A DNA stretch of 64,000 bases, from positions 6,076,001 through 6,140,000 of the forward strand of contig NC_043025.1 of assembly GCF_006345805.1 (NCBI RefSeq), given 5' to 3'. The stretch's first letter is position 1. Every line of letters starts with the position of its first letter. Shown one piece after another: positions 22,282 to 34,230 of this stretch. The stretch comes from Octopus sinensis (taxonomy: Eukaryota). Both the position numbers and the translations under genes were made by a program. Under the pieces are notes generated by a model that ran no database searches, was not told the origin of the DNA, and worked only from the letters and a program-made list of their open reading frames with translations.

Positions 22282-25200
22282 CCAGAAAGTTCTTGCCGAT
22301 TTATAGTAGCTTACCTTTCGACTTATTTTAGAACATGGCTGAGTCCATAAAATAGGATTTGACTACACCCCCATTTAGAGTACAGTTTAAGCTATCTTTT
22401 CGTGGAAGAAGGTTGTGTTCCTATAACCTGTATTAATTCTGTAACCCTTTAAAATGGAAGATAAGAAAGTTCATTTTCGGCACTTGATGTTGGGAACCAG
22501 ACAAAAATTGCTGCAGCTTGGCTGGGATGTCCGGAAAGTTTGTGCTGATTTATAGTAGCTTACCTTTCGACTTATTTTGAACATGTTTGAATCCATAAAA
22601 TAGGATTTGACTACACCCCCATTTAGAGTACAGTTTAAGCTATCTTTTCGTGGAAGAAGGTTTGTGTTCCTATAACCTGTGTTAATTCTGTAACCCTTTA
22701 AAATGGAAGATAAGAAAGTTCATTTTCGGCACTTGATGCTTTGGGAACCAGACAAAAATTGCTGCAGCTTGGCTGGGATGTCCGGAAAGTTCGTGGATTT
22801 ATAGTAGCTTACCTTCGACTTATTTTAGAACATGTTTGAATCCATAAAATAGGATTTGACTACACCCCCATTTAGAGTACAGTTTAAGCTATCTTTTCGT
22901 GGAAGAAGGTTTGTGTTCCTATAACCTGTGTTAATTCTGTAACCCTTTAAAATGGAAGATAAGAAAGTTCATTTTCGGCACTTGATGCTTGGGAACCAGA
23001 CAAAAATTGCTGCAGCTCGGCTGGGATGTCCGGAAAGTTCGTGCTGATTTATAGTAGCTTACCTTTCGACTTATTTTAGAACATGGCTGAGTCCATAAAA
23101 TAGGATTTGACTACACCCCCATTTAGAGTACAGTTTAAGCTATCTTTTCGTGGAAGAAGGTTTGTGTTCCTATAACCTGTATTAATTCTGTAACCCTTTA
23201 AAATGGAAGATAAGAAAGTTCATTTTCGGCACTTGATGCTTTGGGAACCAGACAAAAATTGCTGCAGCTTGGCTGGGATGTCCGGAAAGTTCGTGCTGAT
23301 TTATAGTAGCTTACCTTTCGACTTATTTTAGAACATGGCTGAGTCCATAAAATAGGATTTGACTACACCCCCATTTAGAGTACAGTTTAAGCTATCTTTT
23401 CGTGGAAGAAGGTTTGTGTTCCTATAACCTGTATTAATTCTGTAACCCTTTAAAATGGAAGATAAGAAAGTTCATTTTCGGCACTTGATGCTTTGGGAAC
23501 CAGACAAAAATTGCTGCAGCTTGGCGGGGATGTCCGGAAAGTTCGTGTTGATTTATAGTAGCTTACCTTTCGACTTATTTTAGAACATGGCTGAGTCATA
23601 AAATAGGATTTGACTACACCCCCATTTAGAGTACAGTTTAAGCTATCTTTTCATGGAAGAAGGTTTGTGTTCCTATAACCTGTATTAATTCTGTAACCCT
23701 TTAAAATGGAAGATAAGAAAGTTCATTTTCGGCACTTGATGCTTTGGGAACCAGACAAAAATTGCTGCAGCTTGGCTGGGATGTCGGAAAGTTCGTGCTG
23801 ATTTATAGTAGCTTACCTTTCGACTTATTTTAGAACATGGCTGAGTCCATAAAATAGGATTGACTACACCCCCATTTAGAGTACAGTTTAAGCTATCTTT
23901 TCGTGGAAGAAGGTTTGTGTTCCTATAACCTGTATTAATTCTGTAACCCTTTAAAATGGAAGATAAGAAAGTTCATTTTCGGCACTTGATGCTTTGGGAA
24001 CCAGACAAAAATTGCTGCAGCTTGGCTGGGATGTCCGGAAAGTTCGTGCTGATTTATAGTAGCTTACCTTTCGACTTATTTTAGAACATGGCTGAGTCCA
24101 TAAAATAGGATTTGACTACACCCCCATTTAGAGTACAGTTTAAGCTATCTTTTCGTGGAAGAAGGTTTGTGTTCCTATAACCTGTGTTAATTCTGTAACC
24201 CTTTAAAATGGAAGATAAGAAAGTTCATTTTCAGCACTTGATGCTTTGGGAACCAGACAAAAATTGCTGCAGCTTGGCTGGGATGTCCGGAAAGTTCGTG
24301 CTGATTTATAGTAGCTTACCTTTCGACTTATTTTAGAACATGGTTGAGTCCATAAAATAGGATTTGACTACACCCCCATTTAGAGCACAGTTTAAGCTAT
24401 CTTTTCGTGGAAGAAGGTTTGTGTTCCTATAACCTGTGTTAATTCTGTAACCCTTTAAAATGGAAGATAAGAAAGTTCATTTTCGGCACTTGATGCTTTG
24501 GGAACCAGACAAAAATTGCTGCAGCTCGGCTGGGATGTCCGGAAAGTTCGTGCTGATTATAGTAGCTTACCTTTCGACTTATTTTAGAACATGGCTGAGT
24601 CCATAAAATAGGATTTGACTACACCCCCATTTAGAGTACAGTTTAAGCTATCTTTTCGTGGAAGAAGGTTTGTGTTCCTATAACCTGTGTTATTCTGTAA
24701 CCCTTTAAAATGGAAGATAAGAAAGTTCATTTTCGGCATTTGATGCTTTGGAACCAGACAAAAATTGCTGCAGCTTGGCTGGGATGTCCGGAAAGTTCGT
24801 GCTGATTTATAGTAGCTTACCTTTCGACTTATTTTAGAACATGGTGAGTCCATAAAATAGGATTTGACTACACCCCCATTTAGAGTACAGTTTAAGCTAT
24901 CTTTTGTGGAAGAAGGTTTATGTTCCTATAACCTGTGTTAATTCTGTAACCCTTTAAAATGGAAGATAAGAAAGTTCATTTTCGGCACTTGATGCTTTGG
25001 GAACCAGACAAAAATTGCTGCAGCTTGTCTGTGATGTCCAGAAAGTTCGTGCTGATTATAGTAGCTTACCTTTCGACTTATTTTAGAACATGGTGAGTCC
25101 ATAAAATAGGATTTGACTACACCCCCATTTAGAGTACAGTTTAAGCTATCTTTTCGTGGAAGAAGGTTTGTGTTCCTATAACCTGTGTTAATTCTGTAAC

Positions 25201-26549
25201 CCTTTAAAATGGAAGATAAGAAAGTTCATTTTCGGCACTTGATGCTTTGGGAACCAGACAAAAATTGCTGCAGCTTGGCTGGGATGTCCGGAAAGTTCGT
25301 GCTGATTTATAGTAGCTTACCTTTCGACTTATTTTAGAACATGGCTGAGTCCATAAAATAGGATTTGACTACACCTCCATTTAGAGCACAGTTTAAGCTA
25401 TCTTTTCGTGGAAGAAGGTTTATGTTCCTATAACCTGTGTTAATTTTATAACCCTTTAAAATGGAAGATAAGAAAGTTCATTTTCGGCACTTGATGCTTT
25501 GGGAACCAGACAAAAATTGCTGCAGCTCGGCTGGGATGTCTGGAAAGTTCGTGCTGATTTATAGTAGCTTACCTTTCGACTTATTTTAGAACATGGCTGA
25601 GTCCATAAAATAGGATTTGACTACACCCCCATTTAGAGTACAGTTTAAGCTATCTTTTCGTGGAAGAAGGTTTGTGTTCCTATAACCTGTATTAATTCTG
25701 TAACCCTTTAAAATGGAAGATAAGAAAGTTCATTTTCGGCACTTGATGCTTTGGGAACCAGACAAAAATTGCTGCAGCTCGGCTGGGATGTCCGGAAAGT
25801 TCGTGCTGATTTATAGTAGCTTACCTTTCGACTTATTTTAGAACATGGCTGAGTCCATAAAATAGGATTTGACTACACCCCCATTTAGAGTACAGTTTAA
25901 GCTATCTTTTCGTGGAAGAAGGTTTGTGTTCCTATAACCTGTGTTAATTCTGTAACCCTTTAAAATGGAAGATAAGAAAGTTCATTTTCGGCACTTGATG
26001 CTTTGGGAACCAGACAAAAATTGCTGCAGCTCGGCTGGGATGTCCGGAAAGTTCGTGCTGATTTATAGTAGCTTACCTTTCGACTTATTTTAGAACATGG
26101 CTGAGTTCATAAAATAGGATTTGACTACACCTCCATTTAGAGCACAGTTTAAGCTATCTTTTCGTGGAAGAAGGTTTATGTTCCTATAACCTGTGTTAAT
26201 TTTATAACCCTTTAAAATGGAAGATAAGAAAGTTCATTTTCGGCACTTGATGCTTTGGGAACCAGACAAAAATTGCTGCAGCTCGGCTGGGATGTCCGGA
26301 AAGTTCGTGCTGATTTATAGTAGCTTACCTTTCGACTTATTTTAGAACATGGCTGAGTCCATAAAATAGGATTTGACTACACCTCCATTTAGAGCACAGT
26401 TTAAGCTATCTTTTCGTGGAAGAAGGTTTGTGTTCCTATAACCTGTGTTAATTCTGTACCCTTTAAAATGGAAGATAAGAAAGTTCTTTTTCGACACTTG
26501 ATGCTTTGGGAACCAGACATAAATTGCTGCAGCTTGGCTGGGATGTGTT
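22282..26549 (+). repeat. Mariner-derived satellite, 17 x ~252 bp
   Basis: Transposase ATG at 22454, 22703, 22952, 23203, 23455, 23706, 23956, 24208, 24460, 24710, 24959, 25209, 25461, 25713, 25965, 26217 and 26468. Confidence 0.95.
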
Positions 26550-26778
26550 ACCCCACCCTCCATATTCACCAGATATTGCTCCTTCGGATTTCCACTTATT
26601 CAGGTCTCTGCAGAATAGTCTTAATGGTAAAAATTTCAATTCCTTGGATGACGTAAAAAGATACCTTGATGAATTGTTTGCCATGAAACCACCTCAATTC
26701 TGGGAAGAGGGTATTTTCAAGTTAAAGGAAAGATGGAGACGCATTGTGCAACAAAATAGTTCATATTTGGTTGATTAA
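26506..26778 (+). pseudogene. Mariner transposase C-terminal remnant (YSPDIAPSD motif, third catalytic Asp region)
   Basis: ORF-track peptide ...QLGWDVLPHPPYSPDIAPSDFHLFRSLQNSLNGKNFNSLDDV... The HTH domain and first two catalytic Asp regions are deleted. Confidence 0.9.
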
Positions 26779-27032
26779 AAATGTAATGGCAAGTATTTAT
26801 TGACCTTTTCCTTTCCTTTAAAAATCAGCACAAACTTTCCGGACAACCCAATATTTTACTTGTTTCAGTCGTTAGACGATGGCCATGCTGGAGTGTTCTT
26901 TTAATTGAACAAATCATCACCAGTACTTTACTCTTTTTCTCAAATCTGGCCCTTATTCTATTCATCTGTTTATTGCCAAACTGCTCAGTTATGGTGACAT
27001 AAACAAACCAACACTGGTTTTTGAGCAACAGT

Positions 27033-27183
27033 GGAGAAGAGGGTATTTTCAAGTTAAAGGAAAGATGGAGACGCATTGTGCAACAAAATGGTTCATATTT
27101 GGTTGATTAAAAATGTAATGGCAAGTATTTATTGACCTTTTTCTTTCCTTCAAAAATCGACACGAACTTTCCAGACAACCCAA
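27033..27183 (+). mobile_element. Second, solo 3' fragment of the same mariner (last ~150 bp and right TIR)
   Basis: Near-identical to 26700-26851. Ends ...GAACTTTCCAGACAACCCAA followed by TA. Confidence 0.85.
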
Positions 27184-27242
27184 TACCATGTTGAAAAAGT
27201 GGACATTGCATGGAGTAGGCAATGAAAGATGAAGATAAAGAA

Positions 27243-27875
27243 TCATCATCATCATCGTTTAACGTCCGTTTTCTGCGCTAGCATGGGTTGGACAGTTCGA
27301 CCGGGTTCTGGGAAGCCAGGGGCTGCACCAGGCTCCAGTCTGATCTGGCAGTGTTTCTACAGCTGGATGCCCTTCCTAACGCCAACCACTCCACGAGTGT
27401 AGTGGGTGCTTTTTACGTGCCACCTGCACAGGTGACAGGGGAGTCCGGCATCGGCCACGATCGGTTGGTGCTTTTAACGTGCCACCGGCATGGAAGCCAG
27501 CCAAGGCGGCGCTGGCATCGGCCACGTTCGGATAGTGCTTTTTATGTGCCACCGGCACAGAAGCCAGTCGGGGCGGCGCTGGCATCAGCCACGTTCAGAT
27601 GGTGCTTTTTATGTGCCACCGGCACAGAAGCCAGTCGGGGCGGCGCTGGCATCGGCCACGTCCGGATGGTGCTTTTTATGTGCCACCAGCACAGAAGCCA
27701 GTCGGGGCGGGGCTGGCATCGGCCACGTTCGGATGGTGCTTTTTATGTGCCACCGGCACGGAACACAGCCAAGGCGGCGCTGGCATCGGCCACATTTGGA
27801 TGGTGCTTTTTATGTGCCACCGGCACGGAAGCCAGCCAAGGCGGAGCTGGCATCGGCCACGTTCGGATGGTGGTA
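27243..27875 (-). mobile_element. SINE family C with about 7 internal ~62-bp tandem modules
   Basis: (ATC)n tail at the left end; repeated GGTGCTTTTTATGTGCCACCGGCAC...GGCATCGGCCACGTTCGGAT units. Confidence 0.8.
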
Positions 27876-27923
27876 AAGAAGGTAAAGAACGGGGTGACAA
27901 AAATAAATATGACAAATACTTAC

Positions 27924-27998
27924 CAAATGTTTATAAATTAAAGGGGAAGATTTTTTCAAAAGCCCAAACAGAACATCACCGTCGATATGTACTGCTTC
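27924..27998 (-). CDS. TBC1D10A: TBC1D10-like coding exon (75 bp): EAVHIDGDVLFGLLKKSSPLIYKHL
   Basis: AG acceptor at 27999-28000, GTAAGT donor at 27918-27923. Matches EPI64 '[25 protein letters not shown]'. Confidence 0.94.
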
Positions 27999-28033
27999 CT
28001 GCAATGATAGGAAAATAAATATGTACGTATGTA

Positions 28034-28409
28034 TACTCTTTTACTCTTTTACTTGTTTAAGTCATTTGACTGCGGCCATGCTGGAGCACCGCCTTTAGTC
28101 GAACAAATCGACACCGGAACTTATTCTTTGTAAGCCCAGTACTTATTCTATCAGTCTCTTTTTGCCGAACCGCTAAGTTACAGGGACTAGACACTGTATA
28201 ACTCTTTTACTTGTTTCAGTCATTTGACTGCGGCCATGCTGGAGCACCGCCTTTAGTCGAGCAAATCGACCCCGGGACTTATTCTTTGTAAGCCCAGTAC
28301 TTATTCTATCGGTCTCTTTTGCCGAACCGCTAAGTGACGGGGACATAAACACACCAGCATCGGTTGTCAAGCAATGCTAGGGGGGACAAACACAGACACA
28401 CAAACATAC

Positions 28410-28460
<51 letters not shown>

Positions 28461-28625
28461 TACGACAGGCTTCTTTCAGTTTCTGTCTACCAAATCCACT
28501 CACAAGGCATTGGTCAGCCCGGGGCTATAGCAGAAGACACTTGCCCAAGATGCCACACAGTGGGACTGAACCCAGAACCATGTGGTTGGTTAGCAAGCTA
28601 CTTACCACACAGCCACTCCTGCGCC
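28034..28625 (-). mobile_element. SINE family A with a duplicated 3' segment
   Basis: A partial tail at 28034-28190 is followed by a full copy. Confidence 0.85.
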
Positions 28626-28854
28626 TATATATAGAAGTAACGTTTACTGCCATGTCAATAAGGCTGTTTAATGTTACTACTGCTTTTGACCCCAGGGAGA
28701 ACTTCCTCCAGCAGGTTACTGATGCAATCTGCACAACAAAGCCCTCCTCAACTGAGGGTGGAATGGTACTGAGAGAGGTGGCTTTGTGCCAAGTAACGGG
28801 CGGTTAAACTGTAATGGAGGGACAGAAGTAGGTGTCTTGCTGTAGAGGAGATAC

Positions 28855-29330
28855 ATGGTGAGAGAGAGAAGGGGAGAAAGAGAGAGAGAGAGTAAGAGGA
28901 AGAGAGAAAGAGAGAGAGAGGAAGAGAAAGAGAGAGAGAAAGAGAGGAAGAGAAAGAGGAAGAGAAAGAGAGGAAGAGAAAGAGGAAGAGAGAGAGAGAG
29001 AGGAAGAGAAAGAGAGAGAGGAAGAGAAAGAGAGAGAGGAAGAGAAGAGAGAGAGAGGAAGAGAAAGAGAGAGAGAGATGAAGAGAGAGAGAGAGAAGAG
29101 AAAGAGAGAGAGAGAGAGAAAAAGAGAGAGAGGAAGAGATAGGAAGACGAAGAGAGAGTGGAAGAGAAAGAGAGAGAAAAAGAAAGAGAGGAAGAGAAAG
29201 AGAGAGAAAAAGAAAGAGAGAAAAAGAGAGAGAGAGAAAGAGAAAGAGAGAGAGAAAGAGGAAGAGAGAGAAAGAGGAAGAGAGAGAGGAAGAGAAAGAG
29301 AGAGGAAGAGAGAGAGAGAGAGAGAGTTGG
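28855..29330. repeat. (GA)n/(GAAGA)n purine microsatellite
   Basis: Direct inspection. The R/E/K and L/S/F ORFs here are compositional artefacts. Confidence 0.9.
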
Positions 29331-29588
29331 TGGAGAAGAATGTATCAGGGCTTACCCAAAGGTTTAGGAATTTGAATGCAAGCAGAGTAGCCCAGAGGAC
29401 TGAGAAGGGTGAGTGAGTAGGGGAGTTCAGGAGAGTGTACAAGAGAGTAGAAGAGAGCAAGGGAAGGGGCAAAGCAGTGAGTGGGGGCAAAACAAGGTAC
29501 ACAAAAGATCAATACACAGACACACGGGGACACACACTGGGTGTTACCCAAACCATGCTACATAATTAAAAACGTTAGTTCTACTCAC

Positions 29589-29769
29589 CAATCCAAGACT
29601 GTAATAACCAGGCAAATATTTCTCACATATGGACACCAGGCACCAAAAGGCTTGCTCGGCTGGCATGTGCATCAGCAACACAGCTGCGATGGGGCCCTGC
29701 GCTTGGCAGTAACCTTCCTGGGGATTGTGTATCGTGTATGCTTTCAGTATTCGAAATAGATCTTCCTGC
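29589..29769 (-). CDS. TBC1D10A: TBC1D10-like coding exon (181 bp): (G)[60 protein letters not shown]
   Basis: AG acceptor at 29770-29771, GTGAGT donor at 29583-29588. Carries the YxQ glutamine finger. Confidence 0.97.
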
Positions 29770-29856
29770 CTGTAACAAAACAAATTGGGACAGGTGTAAA
29801 ACTCGAGATGCAAAACAAACTCGGCCCCTGTTTCGAACCAGAATGGCTCTGAAGCT

Positions 29857-30997
29857 TACCTATTTCTTTACTACCCACAAGGGGCTAAACACAGAGGGGA
29901 CAAACAAGGACAGACATAGGTATTAAGTCGATTACATCGACCCCAGTGGGTAACTGGTACTTAATTTATCGACCCCGAAAGGATGAAAGGCAAAGTCGAC
30001 CTCGGCGGAATTTGATTTCAGCATGTAACGGCAGACGAAATATCTATTTCTTTACTACCCACAAGGGGCTAAACACGCAGAGGACAAACAAGGACAGACA
30101 CAGGTATTAAGTCGATTACATCGACCCCAGTGGGTAACTGGTACCTAATTTATCGACCCCGAAAGGATGAAAGGCAAAGTCGACCTTGGCAGAATTTGAA
30201 CTCAGAACGTCGTGGCAGACGAAGTACCTATTGGGGTTAAACACGGAGAGGACAAACAAGGACAGACAAACAGATTAAGTCGATTATATCGACCCCAGTG
30301 CATAACTGGTACTTATTCAATCGACCCCGAAAGGATGAAAGGCAAAGTCGACCTTGGCAGAATTTGATTTCAGCATGTAACGGCAGACGAAATACCTATT
30401 TCTTTACTACCCACAAGGGGCTAAACACGGAGAGGACAAACAAGGACAGACATAGGTATTAAGTCGATTACATTGACCCCAGTGGGTAACTGGTACTTAA
30501 TTTATCAACCTCGAAAGGATGAAAAGCAAAGTCGACCTCGGCGGAATTTGAACTCACAACGTAACGCAGACGAAATACCTATTTCTTTACTACCCACAAG
30601 GGGCTAAACATGGAGAGGACAAACAAGGACAGACAAACAGATTAAGTTGATTATATCGACCCCAGTGCGTAACTGGTACTTATTCAATCGACCCCGAAAG
30701 GATGAAAGGCAAAGTCGACCTCGGCAGAATTTGATTTCAGCATGTAACGGCAGACGAAATACCTATTTCTTTACTACCCACAAGGGGCTAAACACGGAGA
30801 GGACAAACAAGGACAGACAAACGGATTAAGTCGATTATATCGACCCCAGTGCGTAACTGGTACTTATTTAATCGACCCCGAAAGGATGAAAGGCAAAGTC
30901 GACCTCGGCGGAATTTGAACTCAGAACGTAGGGGCAGACGAAATACCGCTAAGCATTTCGCCCGGCGCGCTAACGTTTCTGCCAGCTCGCTGCCTTA
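29857..30997 (-). repeat. Tandem array (about 6 x 180 bp) of the SINE family B body, with one head at the right end
   Basis: CCTATTTCTTTACTACCCACAAGGGGCTAAACAC recurs near 29859, 30043, 30394, 30578 and 30762. The head lies at about 30940-30997. Confidence 0.88.
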
Positions 30998-31079
30998 ATA
31001 TAGCTCTGCAGCTTACCAGTTCCAGTCAAACCGTTAAATTCATTCCTGCAAAATAACATTATAATTAAAAATGGTACCA

Positions 31080-31610
31080 TCATCATCATCATCGTTTAGC
31101 GTCCGCTTTCCATGCTGGCATGGGTTGGACGGTTCAACTGGGGTCTGGGAAGCCAGAAGGCTGCGCCAGGCCCAGTCTGATCTGGCAGTGTTTCTACAGC
31201 TGGATGCCCTTCCTAATGCCAACCACTCCGTGAGTATAGTGGGTGCTTTCCATGCTAGCATGGGTTGGACGGTTCAACTGGGGTCTGGGAAGCCAGAAGG
31301 CTGCGCCAGGCCCAGTCTGATCTGGCAGTGTTTCTACAGCTGGATGCCCTTCCTAATGCCAACCACTACGTGAGTGTAGTGGTGCTTTTTACGTGCCACC
31401 CGCACAGGTGCCAGACGGAGCTGGCAAATGGCCACGGACAGATGGTGCTTTTTACGTGCCACCGGCCACGATCGGATGGTCCATTTTACGTGCCACCGGC
31501 ACGGGGGCCAGGCGAGGCTGGCAAATGGCCATGGATGGATGGTGCTTTTTACGTGCCACCGGCATGGGGGTCAGGCAAGGCTGGCAACGGCCACGATCGG
31601 ATGGTGACTG
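31080..31610 (-). mobile_element. SINE family C with an internal duplication
   Basis: About 31110-31250 is repeated at about 31250-31390. Confidence 0.8.
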
Positions 31611-31884
31611 ACACACTAGAATACTTAAAAACAAGAGCCAGAGGTACCAATATAGCTAAAATTTTATGCAAAGCAGCACAGACAAACATATGCAATGGGC
31701 TTCTTTCAGTTTCCATTTCCCAAATTTACTCACAAGGCTTTGGTTGGCCCAGGGCTATAGGAAAAGACATCAGTGGGTGGACAGGCCTAAAGATGAGAGG
31801 CAAAAGACAAAGATGGGTGGAGGGATATGGTCGTAAGGTCATCAGGGGTGCCCCAACGGTCAACCAGACTACAGGGTAAGTACC

Positions 31885-32292
31885 CTTACTCTTTACTCTT
31901 TTACTTGTTTCAGTCATTTGACTGCGGCCATGCTGGAGCACCGCCTTTAGTCGAACAAATCAACTCCAGGACTTGTTCTTTGGAAGCCCAGTACTTATTC
32001 TATCGGTCTCTTTTGCCGAACCGCTAAGTGACGGGGACGTAAACACACCCACATCGGTTGTCAAGCAATGCTAGGGGGACAAACATAGACACACGCACAC
32101 GCATATATATATATATATATATACATATATACGAGCTTCTTTCAGTTTCTGTCTACCAAATCCACTCACAAGGCACATTGGTCAGCCTGGGGCTATAGCA
32201 GAAGACACTTGCCCAAGATGCCACGCAGTGGGACTGAACCCGGAACCATGTGGTTGGTTAGCAAGCTACTTACCACACAGCCACTCCTGCGC
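31885..32292 (-). mobile_element. SINE family A
   Basis: Matches the family A consensus. Confidence 0.88.
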
Positions 32293-32299
32293 GTAATAT

Positions 32300-32700
32300 A
32301 ATGTCACATCTCAACTCCATCCTGCAGCTTCGAGACGCAACACTTTCCTCAACACATTGCTCTCGCAACTATTGCCGCTAACTGAATACTTCCATAGAAA
32401 TTTGGTATTTGCAGCTTTTGGGGCCAGACTATTGCTCTCTTTGAGATGGTCCCAAGTGCACCAATCACAATAGGTACCACACTCACTTTTGAGTCTCTAC
32501 GGATTCACTTCCCTTCCAATCCTAGGTCTTGGTGCTTCTGACATTCTTGTCCTCTGTCTTCACAATATTCTGGTCTGCAGGTCGATGTAGGTCCATTCTT
32601 CGGACTCCCTTTCATAGCAGAGTGATATCTGGTCAGTTATATTGCAGCTTTTTGTCTGTATGTATTGGCACCACCCATGTGAGTATCACCTGATCATTCT
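32300..32700 (-). mobile_element. Decayed RLE domain of an R4/NeSL-like non-LTR retrotransposon (3' end)
   Basis: Hand translation with stops and frameshifts: TDKKLQYN*PDITLL...PADQNIVKTEDK...VVPIVIGALGTISK. This resembles the 'HNRPDI...IDIAVP.D.NI...KY.DL...VVPIVIGALG' RLE signature. Confidence 0.65.
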
Positions 32701-32713
32701 TTACTACCCTTAA

Positions 32714-33052
32714 CCCTTTAGTGTTTAAACTGGCCATATCCGGCCCAAATATTCTAAATGTTTTATACTCAAATTGGCCATATCTAGCCTCTCACACCTA
32801 ACCTACAATGTCATTCTAAAAATAAACAATCATATTATTGAAACCTCAAAGCTATGAGATAATGCAGGATTAATTCAAAACAAGGCCACATCCTGCTCTC
32901 ACACCTAACCTACAATGTCATTCTAAAAATAAACAATCATATCATTGAAACCTCAAAGCTATAACATAATGCATGATTAATTCAAAACAAAAAGATCAAT
33001 ACACACACACACACTGTATTATATTTAATAGAGAAATTTGAACACCAAAGGG
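32714..33052. mobile_element. piggyBac-type MITE (family 1)
   Basis: TTAA at 32710-32713 and 33053-33056. Imperfect TIRs CCCTTTAGTGTTT / GAACACCAAAGGG, with an internal duplication. Confidence 0.7.
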
Positions 33053-33374
33053 TTAAAGGTAGGCGCTCATACCACTTGTTGGAACGTTCTACACCTATGC
33101 TTCCCATACTTTTGCAGGCTGCCAACCCCTTGACACCTAGGCCACATTTCTAGTGCCCCCACCCCAACTGACCATCACAAACATAGACCCCTTTCTAAAG
33201 CAAATTCAAAGCAACTGTATTTCACAAATAAAACTTAACCCATTATTTTGTCGTTTTTACATAAATCGCTACCCTGTTAATGCCCCACTTTTCTTCAACG
33301 CCCCCTTGGAACTTTCCACCACCCCCAGGGGGGAAATACCGCCCACTTTGGGAACCACTGTTCTACATCATCTC

Positions 33375-33785
33375 TTTCTTTTTCACTTGTTTCAGTCATT
33401 TGACTGCGGCCATGCTGGAGCACCGCCTTTAGTCAAGCAAATCGACCCCGGGACTTATTCTTTGTAAGCCCAGTACTTATTCTATCGGCCTCTTTTTGCC
33501 GAACCGCTAAGTGACGGGGACGTAAACACACCAGCATCGGTTGTCAAGCAATGCTAGGGGGACAAACACGTACACACACACACACATACATATACATATA
33601 TATATATATATACATATATACGACAGGCTTCTTTCAGTTTCCATCTACCAAATCCACTCACAAGGCATTGGTCGGCCCGGGGCTATAGCAGAAGACACTT
33701 GCCCAAGATGCCACGCAGTGGGACTGAACCCAGAACCATATGGTTGGTTAGCAAGCTACTTACCACACAGCCACTCCTGCGCCTA
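33375..33785 (-). mobile_element. SINE family A
   Basis: Matches the family A consensus. Confidence 0.9.
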
Positions 33786-33936
33786 TATCTTTCTAATAAT
33801 TGTGATGAAAATGATGATGAGAATAATGGTGGTGATGGTGGTAGTGGTGGTGATGAGGATCAACAATAATTATAATGATGATGATGATGATAACATTAAT
33901 TATGATAACGAGGATATTACATTAAAACAAACTTAC

Positions 33937-34043
33937 CCATGCCCCCCACGCAGTGCAAATATTTCATGTAAAGGAAATTGCCTGTGTAAGTCTTTTTTAA
34001 TATCTTCAATCCATTTGGGATCTCCAGCTTTGCTAAGGTACTC
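33937..34043 (-). CDS. TBC1D10A: TBC1D10-like coding exon (107 bp): [35 protein letters not shown](G)
   Basis: Not in the ORF track in this frame; translated by hand. AG acceptor at 34044-34045, GTAAGT donor at 33931-33936. Carries the IxxDxxR arginine finger. Confidence 0.96.
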
Positions 34044-34230
34044 CTGTAGATGAAGAACACCAGATGATGACAATAATAATAATAACAACAGCAATGATAA
34101 TAATAACAATTAATTCGTTTATTGGCCACAAGAGCTAACAAAAATCAATTATCACTTAAAGGGACAAAACAGGACGAAAGTTACAAAGGGTTTTGTCCGT
34201 TTGTGAAAAATCCGAGTAAAAACAGTTTAA

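Larger units (their letters stand above)
22273..26851 (+). mobile_element. Internally deleted Tc1/mariner (mariner family) DNA transposon containing a 17-unit tandem array
   Basis: TA-flanked ~30-bp TIRs: TTGGGTTGTCCAGAAAGTTC at 22273 and ...AAACTTTCCGGACAACCCAA ending at 26851. Transposase N-terminus MEDKKVHFRHLMLWE is fused to C-terminus ...LQLGWDVLPHPPYSPDIAPSDFHLFRSLQNSL...WRRIVQQNSSYLVD*. Confidence 0.93.

Noticed and set aside
22282-26549. CRISPR-like regular array
   Set aside because: The units are wholly repeated with no unique spacers, the context is eukaryotic, and a mariner fragment explains it fully.
26825-28807. Assorted 60-220-aa ORFs (for example 27288-27941 and 28364-28807) and similar ORFs elsewhere (FQSFDCGHAGAPPL, YDRLLSVSVYQIHSQG, WYLIYRPRKDERQSRP)
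   Set aside because: The same peptides recur at every SINE copy. They are translations of non-coding SINE consensus sequence.
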